The notes below the pieces were generated by a model. The model had not been told where the DNA came from. It did not search any database and saw nothing but the letters and a program-made list of their open reading frames with translations. The translations under genes and the position numbers were made by a program. Shown here one piece after another: positions 1-9,687 of a DNA stretch of 52,192 nucleotides; the stretch's first letter is position 1, and each line of letters begins with the position of its first letter. Location of the stretch: positions 1 through 52,192 of IMG/VR virus record IMGVR_UViG_3300046167_000237, one strand, 5' to 3'. The DNA is from a virus (lineage: Duplodnaviria; Caudoviricetes).

Positions 1-384
1 TGACATACAACGCGCGCGACCCTCCGGCGGGACGACCCCCCGCCCCCCGCCTGCGGCGCACGTCTGTGTCACATGCAGGTCGCAGAGCGACCCAAACCGC
101 TGATTTTGCAGGGTTTTTGCTCCCCATGTAGGGGAGTTTCTGGCCTCGTGTGTGCAGACGTTTCACGCGAACTCTCTCCGTGCCTACGCACAATGGGGTT
201 AAAAACCCCATCGCTAGTCTTTTCAACATCTTAGCTCAGAGAGCCGCCGACCATCGTCCGCATCCACGCGTGTGTATCCCGAAGGGACTTATGGGGCGAG
301 GTTGGTCACTGCCGATCAGCCTTCCGGCGATGCGTCCTGCGCAGCGCACGCCGCGTATTCATCCGCGCACAGGAGAACTTCACC

Positions 385-798
385 ATGGCAAAATTAGATA
401 TCACAACGCTCGCAACCTCACGCGATCACGCAGCCGCATGGACTTCTACGAAGTCCGCGCAAGCGAAGAAGGACATCCACGCACAGGTGGTCGCGAAGTC
501 GAAGACTTCCAAGCGCGTGCGTTGGGTCAACCTCGCGAAAGCGATGGCCGAAGGCGACAACTTGCGCGTCAACGCATACGCCGCGATTGGCGAAGCCAAA
601 TCGCAAGCGTGGGCGGCGGTCAAGGCCGCGAACGCACCCGCGTCTGCACCTGCGAAGCCGAAGGCCAAGGCCAAGGCCGCGCCAAAGCCGAAGGCTGACG
701 CGACGCCAGACCTCAACGCGTTTGCGAAGCAACTCGCGAGCATGGACGAGGCCGCACAAGCGGCGTTCCTGAACGCCTTCGCTCGCGCTCGCAGCTAA
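385..798 (+). CDS. Ala/Lys-rich basic early protein (histone H1-like low-complexity segment)
   Basis: RBS CAGGAG upstream of ATG 385; AKPKAKAKAAPKPKA segment; followed directly by a strong terminator. Confidence 0.75.
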   Translation: MAKLDITTLATSRDHAAAWTSTKSAQAKKDIHAQVVAKSKTSKRVRWVNLAKAMAEGDNLRVNAYAAIGEAKSQAWAAVKAANAPASAPAKPKAKAKAAPKPKADATPDLNAFAKQLASMDEAAQAAFLNAFARARS

Positions 799-820
799 TC
801 ACCCGCACACCTGCCTCACA

Positions 821-854
821 GCCCTGCACGCTCACGCGTGTGGGGCTTTTTTTT
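821..854 (+). terminator. Rho-independent terminator
   Basis: GCCCTGCACGC-tcac-GCGTGTGGGGC stem followed by T8. Confidence 0.85.
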
Positions 855-877
855 GTGCCAACGAAGGAGACACGCAC

Positions 878-1081
878 ATGTACGAACAACAACGACACCA
901 CGACGACGCCACGCGCACGACCGTGGCCGAGGTCATAGGCCAGATCGCAATGGGCGCGATCAGTCGGGCATCCGTCATCGCATGGCTTGGGATCAACTGG
1001 ATCAGCGGATGCGGGGAGATAATCTACACCGCCACGGGCGCGATACCGGGCGAGTGCATCTTCATGCCATGGGTGGACTAG
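878..1081 (+). CDS. hypothetical protein, possible membrane segment
   Basis: RBS AAGGAG upstream; 67-aa ORF. Confidence 0.65.
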   Translation: MYEQQRHHDDATRTTVAEVIGQIAMGAISRASVIAWLGINWISGCGEIIYTATGAIPGECIFMPWVD

Positions 1082-1083
1082 GC

Positions 1084-1221
1084 ATGTGGGACAACTACGA
1101 GCTTCGCTCGCACCCACGCGGTTGGGCAATCGTTCACATCACAAGCGGGTACATCACCGAGGTCTTGCGCTCACGCGCAAAGGCCGAGGCCATGCTGTCT
1201 CGCTACAACGAGGGCATCTGA
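1084..1221 (+). CDS. small hypothetical protein (MWDNYELRSHPRGW...)
   Basis: ATG 2 nt after the previous stop; protein-like 45-aa sequence. Confidence 0.55.
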   Translation: MWDNYELRSHPRGWAIVHITSGYITEVLRSRAKAEAMLSRYNEGI

Positions 1222-1325
1222 TGAACTTCCTCGCAGACACCCGCAGACGTCGCAGGCTTAAACGCTTGCGGCGTTTTTTCGTTCGCAGATTACACCCACA
1301 GGTGCCGCAAGGTGTCGAAAGGGAG

Positions 1326-1380
1326 TTGACTGCATCGTGTAACGCAGGTTATACACACCGAGAGGTGTCACTACAACACG
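1326..1380 (+). promoter_or_regulatory. sigma70-like promoter with downstream GGTGT-N7-ACACG operator-like site
   Basis: TTGACT 1326-1331, TATACA 1350-1355, GGTGT-cactaca-ACACG 1364-1380. Confidence 0.55.
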
Positions 1381-1465
1381 CACAGGTGTGTACGCGTTAT
1401 TCCGAAGGAACTTATACGATGGGCAATTTCGTTGTCCAGAACTCGAAACAGAAGGAGCCGCCGCA

Positions 1466-3275
1466 ATGACGAACCATTCATTGCTCGATGCGTTACGCAT
1501 TGACACGTTCAACGACCGCAGGAAAGCCCTGCGCGACTTGGCAACACCCACCTTGGCCGACAACATGACCTCGATAGGCGTGCGCGATATTTTCGACGCT
1601 AGTCCGCTCGTTGGCACTGCGTCTGACCAAATCAACCCACGTCCCACGGTATCGGGCTTGCGCGATAGCTTGGACGAGGACACGCTTTGCGCCCTGATCG
1701 ACGGTCGCATCACCGCAGCCGATGTCTGCACCGCGATCCACTACCCTGCCTCGCATGCAGAACGCTCGACCACATCCAAGACTGGATACGCCTTCGGTCG
1801 CCCGACGGGCATCGTCAGCGCACAGCAGACGTACAACGACCTCGCAACCACACAGGAGCCAACCATGGGCTACAACATCGCCGACTTCGGCTTGCAAGAC
1901 TACATCGACATCCACGATCACTGCGTGAGCCAAGGCCACGACAGCGAGGACGTGCTTGACGCGATGGTGACGGCCATCGACGCACCTGCTCTGACCATCA
2001 ACGGCATACAGGCAATGCTCAACGCTCGCACACAAGGGCCAGAGAGCAAGGACTTGCCCAAGTTCACCGAGATGGCCGCAGACGACGTCCTCAAGCACCT
2101 TGCAGGCGAGGTCACAGAGGCACCTGCACCGTCTGCGATCTACAATCCACCTGCCGACACGCAGTTGATTGACCTCGCGTTATCGCAAGCGGGTCTGCCA
2201 CCGATTGGCAAGCTGATTGGCGAGTTGAACGACGCCACCGAGAAGGCCAAGACCGCATCGCTGTCTGCGATACCGCAGGTAGGTCGAAGCCAGTGTGGGC
2301 GATGACATCCCGACAGGTCGTGTGAAGACCGCGAAAGCCAAGGATGTGTTCGGCATCAAGGGCGTTGCGGCTCAGTCGTTCGATTTCGACGTGCCAGTGT
2401 GGGAGTGGGATGCACCGCACCCGCATGTGCCAAGCAAGGACGCAGACTACGTGTTCAGAGGCACAGACCTGTTGCGTGTGCTGTACTCGATCTTGTCGAA
2501 CAAGCGCACGTATCTGCACGGCCATTCTGGTTCGGGCAAGACCACGCTCGTGGAGCAGGTCGCCGCGTTCTTGGGTTGGCCGTTCATGCGTGTCAACTTC
2601 GACAGCGAGATCACGCGCATGGACTTGATTGGTCGTGACACGCTTGTGCAAGAGGGTGGCACCACCGTGAGCAAGTTCGTCGACGGTATCTTGCCGCAGA
2701 TGCTGTCTGGCCCATACATCGCATGCTTTGACGAGTTGGACTTCGTGAGGCCAGACGTTGCGTATGTGATGCAGCGTGTGTTCGAGGGCAACGGCTTGAT
2801 GCTGACCGAGGACGGTGGCCGCATTGTGAAGCCGCACCGCATGTTCCGCATGTTTGCGACTGGCAACACCGTTGGGCAGGGCGACGAGTTCGGCATGTAT
2901 CAGGGTGCGCGTCCGCAAAGTATGGCCATGCTTGATCGGTTCACCGTGTGGGCGCACATCGACTATCTGAACGAGGCCGAGCGCAAGCGTCTGCTTACCA
3001 AGCGTGTGCCTTCGCTTGCCAAGGACATGCTCGACAAGGTCAACAAGTACGTGACCGAGCATATCGAGGCGTTCAAGACGAGCAAGGTCATGCAACCGAT
3101 TACACCGCGTGGCTACTTGGACATGGCCGAGGCCATCGTGATGTTCACGCAGGTGTTTCCTGCAAGCAAGCAATCCAAAGCTGTCGACGAGGCGGTCGCT
3201 ATGACCGTGCTTGACCGTGCGTCTGTTCAAGACCGTGCGGTTCTCACAGGCATCGTAAACCGTGTGTTCAACTAA
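1466..3275 (+). CDS. cobS: CobS-like (MoxR-type) AAA+ ATPase with long N-terminal extension; apparent 1-nt insertion near 2282
   Basis: Walker A GHSGSGKT, Walker B FDELD, ATGNTVGQGD, MLDRF; removing one base joins ORF 1466..2305 to 2295..3275 (AIPQV-VEASVGDDIP). Confidence 0.8.
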
Positions 3276-3289
3276 GGGAGATTATACAC

Positions 3290-5282
3290 ATGAAAGGTGA
3301 ATTATTTACACACGAGGTCAGCAAGACCTCAAGCGTCTTCGGACGCAAGCAAAGCGTCAACGTCGTGTTCCAAGGTGAGCAAGCGTGTACTGACGGATCA
3401 ACAATCATTCTGCCATCGCTCGATCTTGACTGGCGATGTCAGCGACAGCACTGCTGATGTCATTCGCGGCTACGTGGATCACGAGGCAGGGCATGTGCGG
3501 CACACAGACTTCGACGCCTTGCAGGTGTTTGGTCAGGAGTGTCAGCGCACCAAGAACAACCTGTTGCGTGCCATCCACAACGCGTTGGAAGACGTGTGGT
3601 TGGAGCGTCGTGTGATCGAGGAATACCCCGGCGCACAGCGCAACCTCGTGGCCACGTCTGATGCGGTCAATCAGGAGTTCTTGGACAACGTGCCAGCGGG
3701 TGACGCACGTCTGCGTGACGACAAGTTCGTCAGTGCCGTGGCACTCACATGGGAAGGGCGCAAGGACTACGGCGGCGATACGTGTGGGCAGTGTCTTGAC
3801 CTGCTCGACGCTGAGTTGCGTGCCGCGCTTGAAAACTGGGTGTCTGCCGTCGGCGGATGCAAAACAACAACAGACGTAATCGCCCTAGCCAAAGAGGTGG
3901 AGCGTCAACTGAGGACAGGAGAGCATCGTGAGCAACCACAGCAACCACAAGGACAACCAGACGGAGACGGACAGCAGAGTGCTGACGGTGAGGGCGACGC
4001 TGAGATGCGGGAGCCAGATGGAGATGCGTCTGGAGACGGAGGTAAGCCAAGCGGCGAGCCTATGGGCGAAGACGATGGAGATGCTTCACCTGATGGGGGC
4101 GATGCCGCACGCGGTGAGGGCGACGGAGAGGACGGTGAGCAAGAGCGCGACCGAGCCAAGGGCGTAGGCGCAGGCCAGAACGAGGACGACCCCGAAGTGT
4201 ACGAGGACTTTGACCTGTCGAGAGCGGTCAAGCAAGCGGTTGAGGCTGATGGTCTGACCGAGCAGAGCGCAGGCAAGTATCGTCCGATGTCGACTGCGCA
4301 TGACAAGTGGCACCATCGCTCAGACGAGCGGAGCAAGTATCAGGGCAAGACGCTCGGTCTGGTCTTGGGCAAGGGCAAGCGTGAGAAGTACGACCAGAAA
4401 CTGGAGGCGACTGCGGGTGCCACCAACATCATGCGCCGCAAGTTGGAGCGTGCGTTGATGGCCAAGCAGAACAGGGACTGGGACAGCGGTCGTGAGCATG
4501 GTCGTCTGGATAGTCGCAGACTTGCGTCTGCGTTTGCAGGCAAGGCCAACGTGTTCAAGATGTTGGAAGAGCGGCCAGAGGTGGACACTGCGCTGATGAT
4601 GTTGGTCGACTTGTCGGGTTCGATGATGGGCTACGAGGCACACTTGGCGACGCTGACAACGATTGCCATGAGCGAGGCGATTGATCGCACAGGTATCGCT
4701 TACGAGGTGCTTGGCTTCAACAATCGCACAGGTTGGTTGGCTGATGTGCCAAAGCCAGACCCGTATCACAAGGATGAAAACGGCGACCTAATCATGGGCA
4801 AGGACGGCGAGTATGTGATGGACAAGTATCACCGCACAGACCCGCTCGACATGTACATATTCAAGGCGTTCGAGGAGCGGTTGAACGAAGCCAAGGGGGC
4901 GATGGCGCAGATGCCAGAGCTTGCGGGTGGTGACAACTCGGATGGCGAGGCTGTGCAGAATGCCTTTGATCGTCTGCGCAAGCGGCCAGAGAAGCGCAAG
5001 GTGATGATCGTGTTCAGCGATGGACAGCCAATATCGGGTGGTCACTTTGGTCGGCGAGCGTTCGACCATCACCTGCGTGACGTGGTGCGTGACATCACAG
5101 ACGCAGGCGTTGACGTGATCGGCGTTGGCATTGGTGATGATAACGTCTCGAAATTCTATCCCAAGTATGTGGTCGTCAATGACGTCGAAGACCTTGCAGG
5201 TCAGGCGATTGACATGATGGCCAAGGCGTTGATGGGCGAGGGCTTTGTTGTGGACAACAGCAAGCTGCTCGATGCGTCGTAA
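3290..5282 (+). CDS. cobT: CobT-like VWA protein with N-terminal HExxH domain and acidic linker; apparent 1-nt insertion near 3427
   Basis: RBS GGGAG then ATG 3290 (MKGELFTHEV...); HEAGH and NALED motifs; D/E/G-rich linker; GRLDSRRL; MIDAS DLSGS; FSDGQP. Confidence 0.8.
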
Positions 5283-5448
5283 GAAGGGTGGGCGCGTTCG
5301 AATACATACAGCGTGGTTCAAAGTCTGGCCGATGCGCGGCCAGAATTACGCGTTCTGGTTCAGCGTTGCCCAGACTGCCAAGGCACGAGGCGTTCGTGCC
5401 AATAACCTGCCTATGATTAGGCAAATCTGCATGGAGATTGACAGATGA
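5272..5448 (+). CDS. small basic hypothetical protein
   Basis: MRRKKGGRVRIHTAWF...; overlaps the previous stop and has an ATGA overlap with the next ORF. Confidence 0.55.
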   Translation: MRRKKGGRVRIHTAWFKVWPMRGQNYAFWFSVAQTAKARGVRANNLPMIRQICMEIDR

Positions 5449-5558
5449 AGACAACAACAACCCCGAAGAAACGTGGCCGCAAGGCATGGAAACGCAAGCC
5501 AGTGACGCTGTTGCGCATTGGACACTTGCAAATTGTATGGATGAGGAAGCCTCAATGA
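5445..5558 (+). CDS. 37-aa basic hypothetical protein (not in ORF track)
   Basis: MKTTTTPKKRGRKAWKRKPVTLLRIGHLQIVWMRKPQ; ATGA overlaps at both ends. Confidence 0.5.
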   Translation: MKTTTTPKKRGRKAWKRKPVTLLRIGHLQIVWMRKPQ

Positions 5559-6049
5559 ATTTATTTTTCTTGGACGACAGCCCGATGCAAGCGGCGCGTG
5601 ATCTTGCAGACGTGCATGTAGGCAAGATGTTGTTGGAAGCATGCCAGATGATGTCGACTGCGGCACGTCAGCATGGTTTCGATGGCGGCTATGCCAGAGC
5701 ATATGAGCATCACCCGATGACCAAGTGGGTGGCGCGTAGCAAACAGCATTTCGAGTGGGCATGGGAGCATGCCCTCTCTTGTGCAGGTGAGCATGAGGTT
5801 CGGTTTGGCACGTACCACAAGAGCGCGTTGCTGTTGCCGACGTTGAGTGTTGCGATGCACACCGTCATGCCAGACAGGGGATGGCGCAACCCGCCAAGGT
5901 GCATGCCAGATGAATACAAGGTGGACTTTGATGCGTGGGATGGCTCGGTGCCATGCCATGTGCAGAGTTACCGTGACTATTATGCGGATGCCAAGCGGCA
6001 TCTGCATAAGTGGACGAACGTGGAGACACCGGAATGGCTGAGTGTTTGA
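5555..6049 (+). CDS. pyrimidine-dimer DNA glycosylase / endonuclease V-like protein
   Basis: MNLFFLD..P..AA...D.HV.KMLLE..QM.STA, HHP.TKW, YRDYY...K pattern of the phage PDG-like family. Confidence 0.75.
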   Translation: MNLFFLDDSPMQAARDLADVHVGKMLLEACQMMSTAARQHGFDGGYARAYEHHPMTKWVARSKQHFEWAWEHALSCAGEHEVRFGTYHKSALLLPTLSVAMHTVMPDRGWRNPPRCMPDEYKVDFDAWDGSVPCHVQSYRDYYADAKRHLHKWTNVETPEWLSV

Positions 6050-6327
6050 AGCGTAAGTGGTGGGAGTTCCACAAAGACAACCCCCATGTGTACGACTTGG
6101 TCGAGCAGTTCACGTTTGAGGTGATCAAGCGTGGCTATGATCATTACTCGATCAACTCTGTGTTCGAACGGATACGTTGGCACACAGACGTAGAGACTGA
6201 GTGCGAGAAGGAGTTCAAACTCAGCAACAACCACCGTGCCTACTATGCACGGTACTTCATGCACCTTCATCCAGAGCATGATGGATTTTTCAGAACCAAA
6301 ACAACGCAAGGAGAGCGCGATGACTAA
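6034..6327 (+). CDS. conserved phage hypothetical protein
   Basis: FHKDNPHVY...ERIRW...FKLSNN..AYYAR pattern; RBS GGAG upstream. Confidence 0.7.
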   Translation: MAECLKRKWWEFHKDNPHVYDLVEQFTFEVIKRGYDHYSINSVFERIRWHTDVETECEKEFKLSNNHRAYYARYFMHLHPEHDGFFRTKTTQGERDD

Positions 6328-6793
6328 TGCAAATGATGTGGCCAAGACGTTGGCGAAGAAGAAACTTGGTGAGTACAGCACCGAGCAGACGAAGCCAGTG
6401 GTTGCGAGAGAGGTGCGCCAACACTTCCCCCGCAAGACGACGGTCAAGAGTTCACCAAAACCAGTAACGTCTGCGAAGGACTATGCCACACGGTATCCGT
6501 CTATTCAAACGCCAAGTGTGTTGAGCAAGGCCAAGGTGGATGAGAAGTTGAAGGCCATGCAGGAGTTGCCATGGCCAAAGGAGACTGCGGTTTACAAGCG
6601 TGCAGACTTCGAGAAGTTGGTGGGTGTGCTTGCAGACTACATGCTCGACGTGACCGAGGGTGCAGGGCTGATCAATGCGGGGACTGCGGGGACTGCCTTG
6701 CGGGATGCGTTGGCGTCTGTGATTCCAGACCACTTCAAGCACCGTGATCCGTTCGATGGCGAGTATCGTGTGATCAGCGTGGAGGACAAGTGA
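6320..6793 (+). CDS. hypothetical protein
   Basis: RBS AAGGAG; coupled to neighbouring ORFs. Confidence 0.65.
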   Translation: MTNANDVAKTLAKKKLGEYSTEQTKPVVAREVRQHFPRKTTVKSSPKPVTSAKDYATRYPSIQTPSVLSKAKVDEKLKAMQELPWPKETAVYKRADFEKLVGVLADYMLDVTEGAGLINAGTAGTALRDALASVIPDHFKHRDPFDGEYRVISVEDK

Positions 6794-6933
6794 TGTCAGC
6801 ACAGGTGGAAAATCTCGAAGAGTTCCTATCGTGGCTGAAGACTTGCCCAAGCTACTACGCAATCAGTTCGATGTCTGGTGGCTACGTCCATGTGAAGTTC
6901 TTGATCCCAATGGAAAAGAAGGAGGAAAAGTGA
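6793..6933 (+). CDS. 46-aa hypothetical protein (not in ORF track)
   Basis: RBS GGAGG; TGATG coupling at both ends; MSAQVENLEEFLSWLKTCP... Confidence 0.6.
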   Translation: MSAQVENLEEFLSWLKTCPSYYAISSMSGGYVHVKFLIPMEKKEEK

Positions 6934-7307
6934 TGATTAAAGTTAGATCAACGGCTGTGATGGAAACAGCAATGACATGGGAAGGCTTCGTGCCAGAGAG
7001 TGTACCCGCAGACGAGCGTTGGGCTTGGATAAAGGACAACGTGGACGGTGCTGAGTTCACGCCAGACGAGGATGGTGGTGCTTGGCTATGGGGAACAGAC
7101 GTTCAAGTAATCAAACAGAAGACGTTTGAGGTGAGTGTTTGGACTGAAGTGGGTTACGCCGTGACGGTGCAAGCTGACAATGAAGAGGAAGCTGAAGAGA
7201 TGGCGTTAGAGGCTTGCGACTGCGCAAGCAGTAACAAGAATGTTAAATTTTCCAGAGAAGTGCATGGTGATCGTGGCACTTGCGGAACTACAGAGGTGAA
7301 ATCATGA
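6933..7307 (+). CDS. acidic hypothetical protein
   Basis: RBS GGAGG; C-terminal V.V.ADNEEEAEE.A motif common in small phage early proteins. Confidence 0.65.
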   Translation: MIKVRSTAVMETAMTWEGFVPESVPADERWAWIKDNVDGAEFTPDEDGGAWLWGTDVQVIKQKTFEVSVWTEVGYAVTVQADNEEEAEEMALEACDCASSNKNVKFSREVHGDRGTCGTTEVKS

Positions 7308-7777
7308 CTGTAATTGAAACTGTAATGACCCTATGGGGTGCGATGAACATGGCCGAGAAGAAAGAACTTATCTTGGCCATTGGCGAGGCGTCTGTGAAGG
7401 ACGGGCTTGTGAGTGAAGAGGACGTGAAGTCTGCGCCCAAAGCCAAGAAGGGCAAGAAGAGCGGCAAGCGTATGCCCTATAAGCCGTATTGGATTAAGAG
7501 CGTTGATGGCGTGGATGATACCAAGAAGGGCATGTTCCGCATCGAAGGCGAATGGGTGAATGATGTGCAGAAAGATGTGAGCAGTGGGAACATGGTGATC
7601 GTGGGTACGAAGCACCCCAAGCATTACTATCTGGCGAAGCGAAAAGATGGCGCAAGCCTTACGCTTGCAACCGATGGTGGTGATATGACTGTGCCTCATT
7701 TGGTGCGTGTTACGGATGCAGATAGATTTGCAGGTGTCGAGGCAGGCGATAACAAAAGTACTTGCAGCGTAGTTTGA
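7304..7777 (+). CDS. hypothetical protein
   Basis: RBS GAGG; ATGA overlap with previous gene. Confidence 0.65.
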   Translation: MTVIETVMTLWGAMNMAEKKELILAIGEASVKDGLVSEEDVKSAPKAKKGKKSGKRMPYKPYWIKSVDGVDDTKKGMFRIEGEWVNDVQKDVSSGNMVIVGTKHPKHYYLAKRKDGASLTLATDGGDMTVPHLVRVTDADRFAGVEAGDNKSTCSVV

Positions 7778-7968
7778 AACGATATAGGTGTATCGTATGT
7801 TATACACAAAGGGAGGGAAATATATGCGGAACACAGACTTTAGCACATGGGGTAGGCCAGCATCAAGCTGGTCAGCACCCCACCAAGCACCCCCCTTGGA
7901 TGTAATCATGTGCGTTCTGAAAGAGCGCGAAGTGAACAATAAAAACATGGGTAACATCCAGAGGAAAT

Positions 7969-8412
7969 ATGCAAACACAAATGGACAGGATCGAGTGGAA
8001 ACTCGATCAGATACTTGGTGCTTTGATGGTGAAAGCCTTCGACGCGCCTTCAAGCGGCGAAGTCTCGCCAACGGCAACAACGCGCCACCATGTGGAAATG
8101 CCACAGTTTACCACCAAGCAACATGCGGCACTGCAAATGCTGTTGCGTGGGGCTGACAACAACGAAATCGCAGAGCGGTTTAACGTGTCACCAAATACGA
8201 GCAAGGTTTATGTGAGAAGTATTGCTCGGAAATTAGATGTGCAAACAAGAGCGCAGATCGTGGTGAAGATGTTGGATGTGTTCAACGAATTCGATGACAA
8301 CAGCTATCGCATGCTAACTGGTGGACTGCCGAAAGATTGGGATCAAAATTACGCGGAACCCGATCCATTCGCAAACTTATACCGCGTGGAGAGAGGAGAG
8401 GATGACACTTAA
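7969..8412 (+). CDS. LuxR-type HTH transcriptional regulator, no recognisable sensor domain
   Basis: FTTKQHAALQMLLRGADNNEIAERFNVSPNTSKVYVRSIARKLDVQTRAQ matches the LuxR/GerE HTH. Confidence 0.8.
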   Translation: MQTQMDRIEWKLDQILGALMVKAFDAPSSGEVSPTATTRHHVEMPQFTTKQHAALQMLLRGADNNEIAERFNVSPNTSKVYVRSIARKLDVQTRAQIVVKMLDVFNEFDDNSYRMLTGGLPKDWDQNYAEPDPFANLYRVERGEDDT

Positions 8413-9426
8413 ATTAAATCTACGAAACGATGTCTGGCAGGTAATGGGTACTGTGATCACGCCAGAGGGAGAGAAAGTCAGGGTGAGGAAATCAACTGGC
8501 TTTACCAAACACCAAAAGCAATATGCGAGTGCCGCAATGTCTCGCATATTGCACGACGCAATGAACGGATCGGCAGTCGAGAACGATGCCACGTCTGTTG
8601 ATGATGCCATCCGTCTGTATCTTACCCGGCCTAACCCGCCGGGAAAGACAGACGCCGTTGTCTTGAGTGTTTTCTCCAGAGCCATGGGGAAGAACGCCGC
8701 TGAATTGTTTGCAGGTGCATGAAGTTATGGCGCATGTGAATGGAAGGGGTAACAAGGCAGGTACGGTTGCGCGTGAACTGAATAGCATCAATGCAATGCT
8801 TGCACATGCGAGAGACATGGGTCTGAATGCACCAGACTTTCGCTTGAAAAGGCCAAGTGTGGATGATGCGCGGTCACGTTGGTTGACTGAGGATGAAAGG
8901 GACAGGCTAATTGCGGCCTGTTCAGACGAGATACGTGGGCTTGTGACGTTCCTGTTTTATACGGGGTGTACGATTGGCGAAGCGTTCTCGTTGAACTGGC
9001 AAGATGCGCGTGGGGGAAGAGCATTCTTTACGCGCAGTAAGGGCAAGATGCGTAAGCGTCGGACAAGGGCAGTGCCTTTGACTGGCGAGGCGCAGACAGC
9101 CATGGGTGCAGACACAGGTGGACTTGTGTTTACACGGCCAGATGGAAGTGAGTGGGAGCGCAATGCGTTCTACGCTTTCTTTCACCCAAGCTGTATGGCG
9201 GCAGGGATCACGGACTTCACAGCCCATGATTGTCGGCATACCTTTGCGTCTCACCTTGTGCAAAAAGGGTGCGTCGTTGAGAGCGGTGGCTGACTTGTTG
9301 GGTCATACATCGTTGGCAATGGTGATGAGGTACAGCCATTTGGCACCAAGTCACCTGAGTGACACCGTAAACCTCTTAGGGTGTGGTGGCACAAAAGCGA
9401 CACACAGTACTGAAATAGCCATATAA
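8402..9426 (+). CDS. int: tyrosine integrase; apparent insertions near 8693 and 9268
   Basis: HDCRHTFASHL and LLGHTSLAMVMRYSHL catalytic boxes; box I reads YTGCTIGE (expected Arg not seen); adjacent to a tRNA-derived attP. Confidence 0.85.
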
Positions 9427-9452
9427 AAAAGGCTTTTGAGGTGGCATTGATA

Positions 9453-9513
9453 CCCCTGCTAAGGGAGTAGGCCCGGAAGGGTCTCGAGGGTTCGAATCCC
9501 TTCGTCTCCGCCA
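9453..9513 (+). other. attP core: 3' part of tRNA-Ser(GCT), from anticodon arm to CCA
   Basis: CCCCTGCTAAGGGAG anticodon arm, long variable arm, GGTTCGAATCC T-arm, ends CTCCGCCA; no D-arm or 5' acceptor strand; directly downstream of int. Confidence 0.85.
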
Positions 9514-9626
9514 CCTCAACTTCAGTGCAATATGTCGCGCAAGAAAGCGTCGAGCGGTGTCATCGCTCGCGCAGAGCGCAAGAGCGAGGTGTCTGTTGTC
9601 ACGTCTGTGACACAGAAAAGTCTCAC

Positions 9627-9655
9627 TTGTATATTATACGAGACACCTGTAGAGT
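9627..9655 (+). promoter_or_regulatory. sigma70-like promoter with ACACC half-site in the spacer
   Basis: TTGTAT-17-TAGAGT upstream of ORF 9688. Confidence 0.45.
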
Positions 9656-9687
9656 GTTTCACAGGATGAGTGAAGAGAGGTTAGGTT

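Noticed and set aside
1221-1469. Arg-rich ORF MNFLADTRRRRRLKRLRRFF...
   Set aside because: It spans the promoter and operator region and looks low-complexity; it could be real (TGATG coupling) but is not well enough supported.
2112-3230. Long antisense ORFs (also 10843-11622, 24523-25209, 50459-51151)
   Set aside because: They mirror well-supported genes on the opposite strand, as expected from biased codon usage, and show no RBS or protein motifs.
1466-5282. Cobalamin biosynthesis auxiliary genes
   Set aside because: No cobN or other B12 pathway genes in the window; kept only as CobS/CobT-like family calls.
8667-9293. Programmed frameshifting or pseudogenisation of int and other split genes
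   Set aside because: Breaks are numerous, share no slippery motif and hit essential genes indiscriminately, so sequencing error is simpler.
9453-9513. Functional tRNA-Ser gene
   Set aside because: The D-arm and 5' acceptor strand are absent, so it is interpreted as the attP core.
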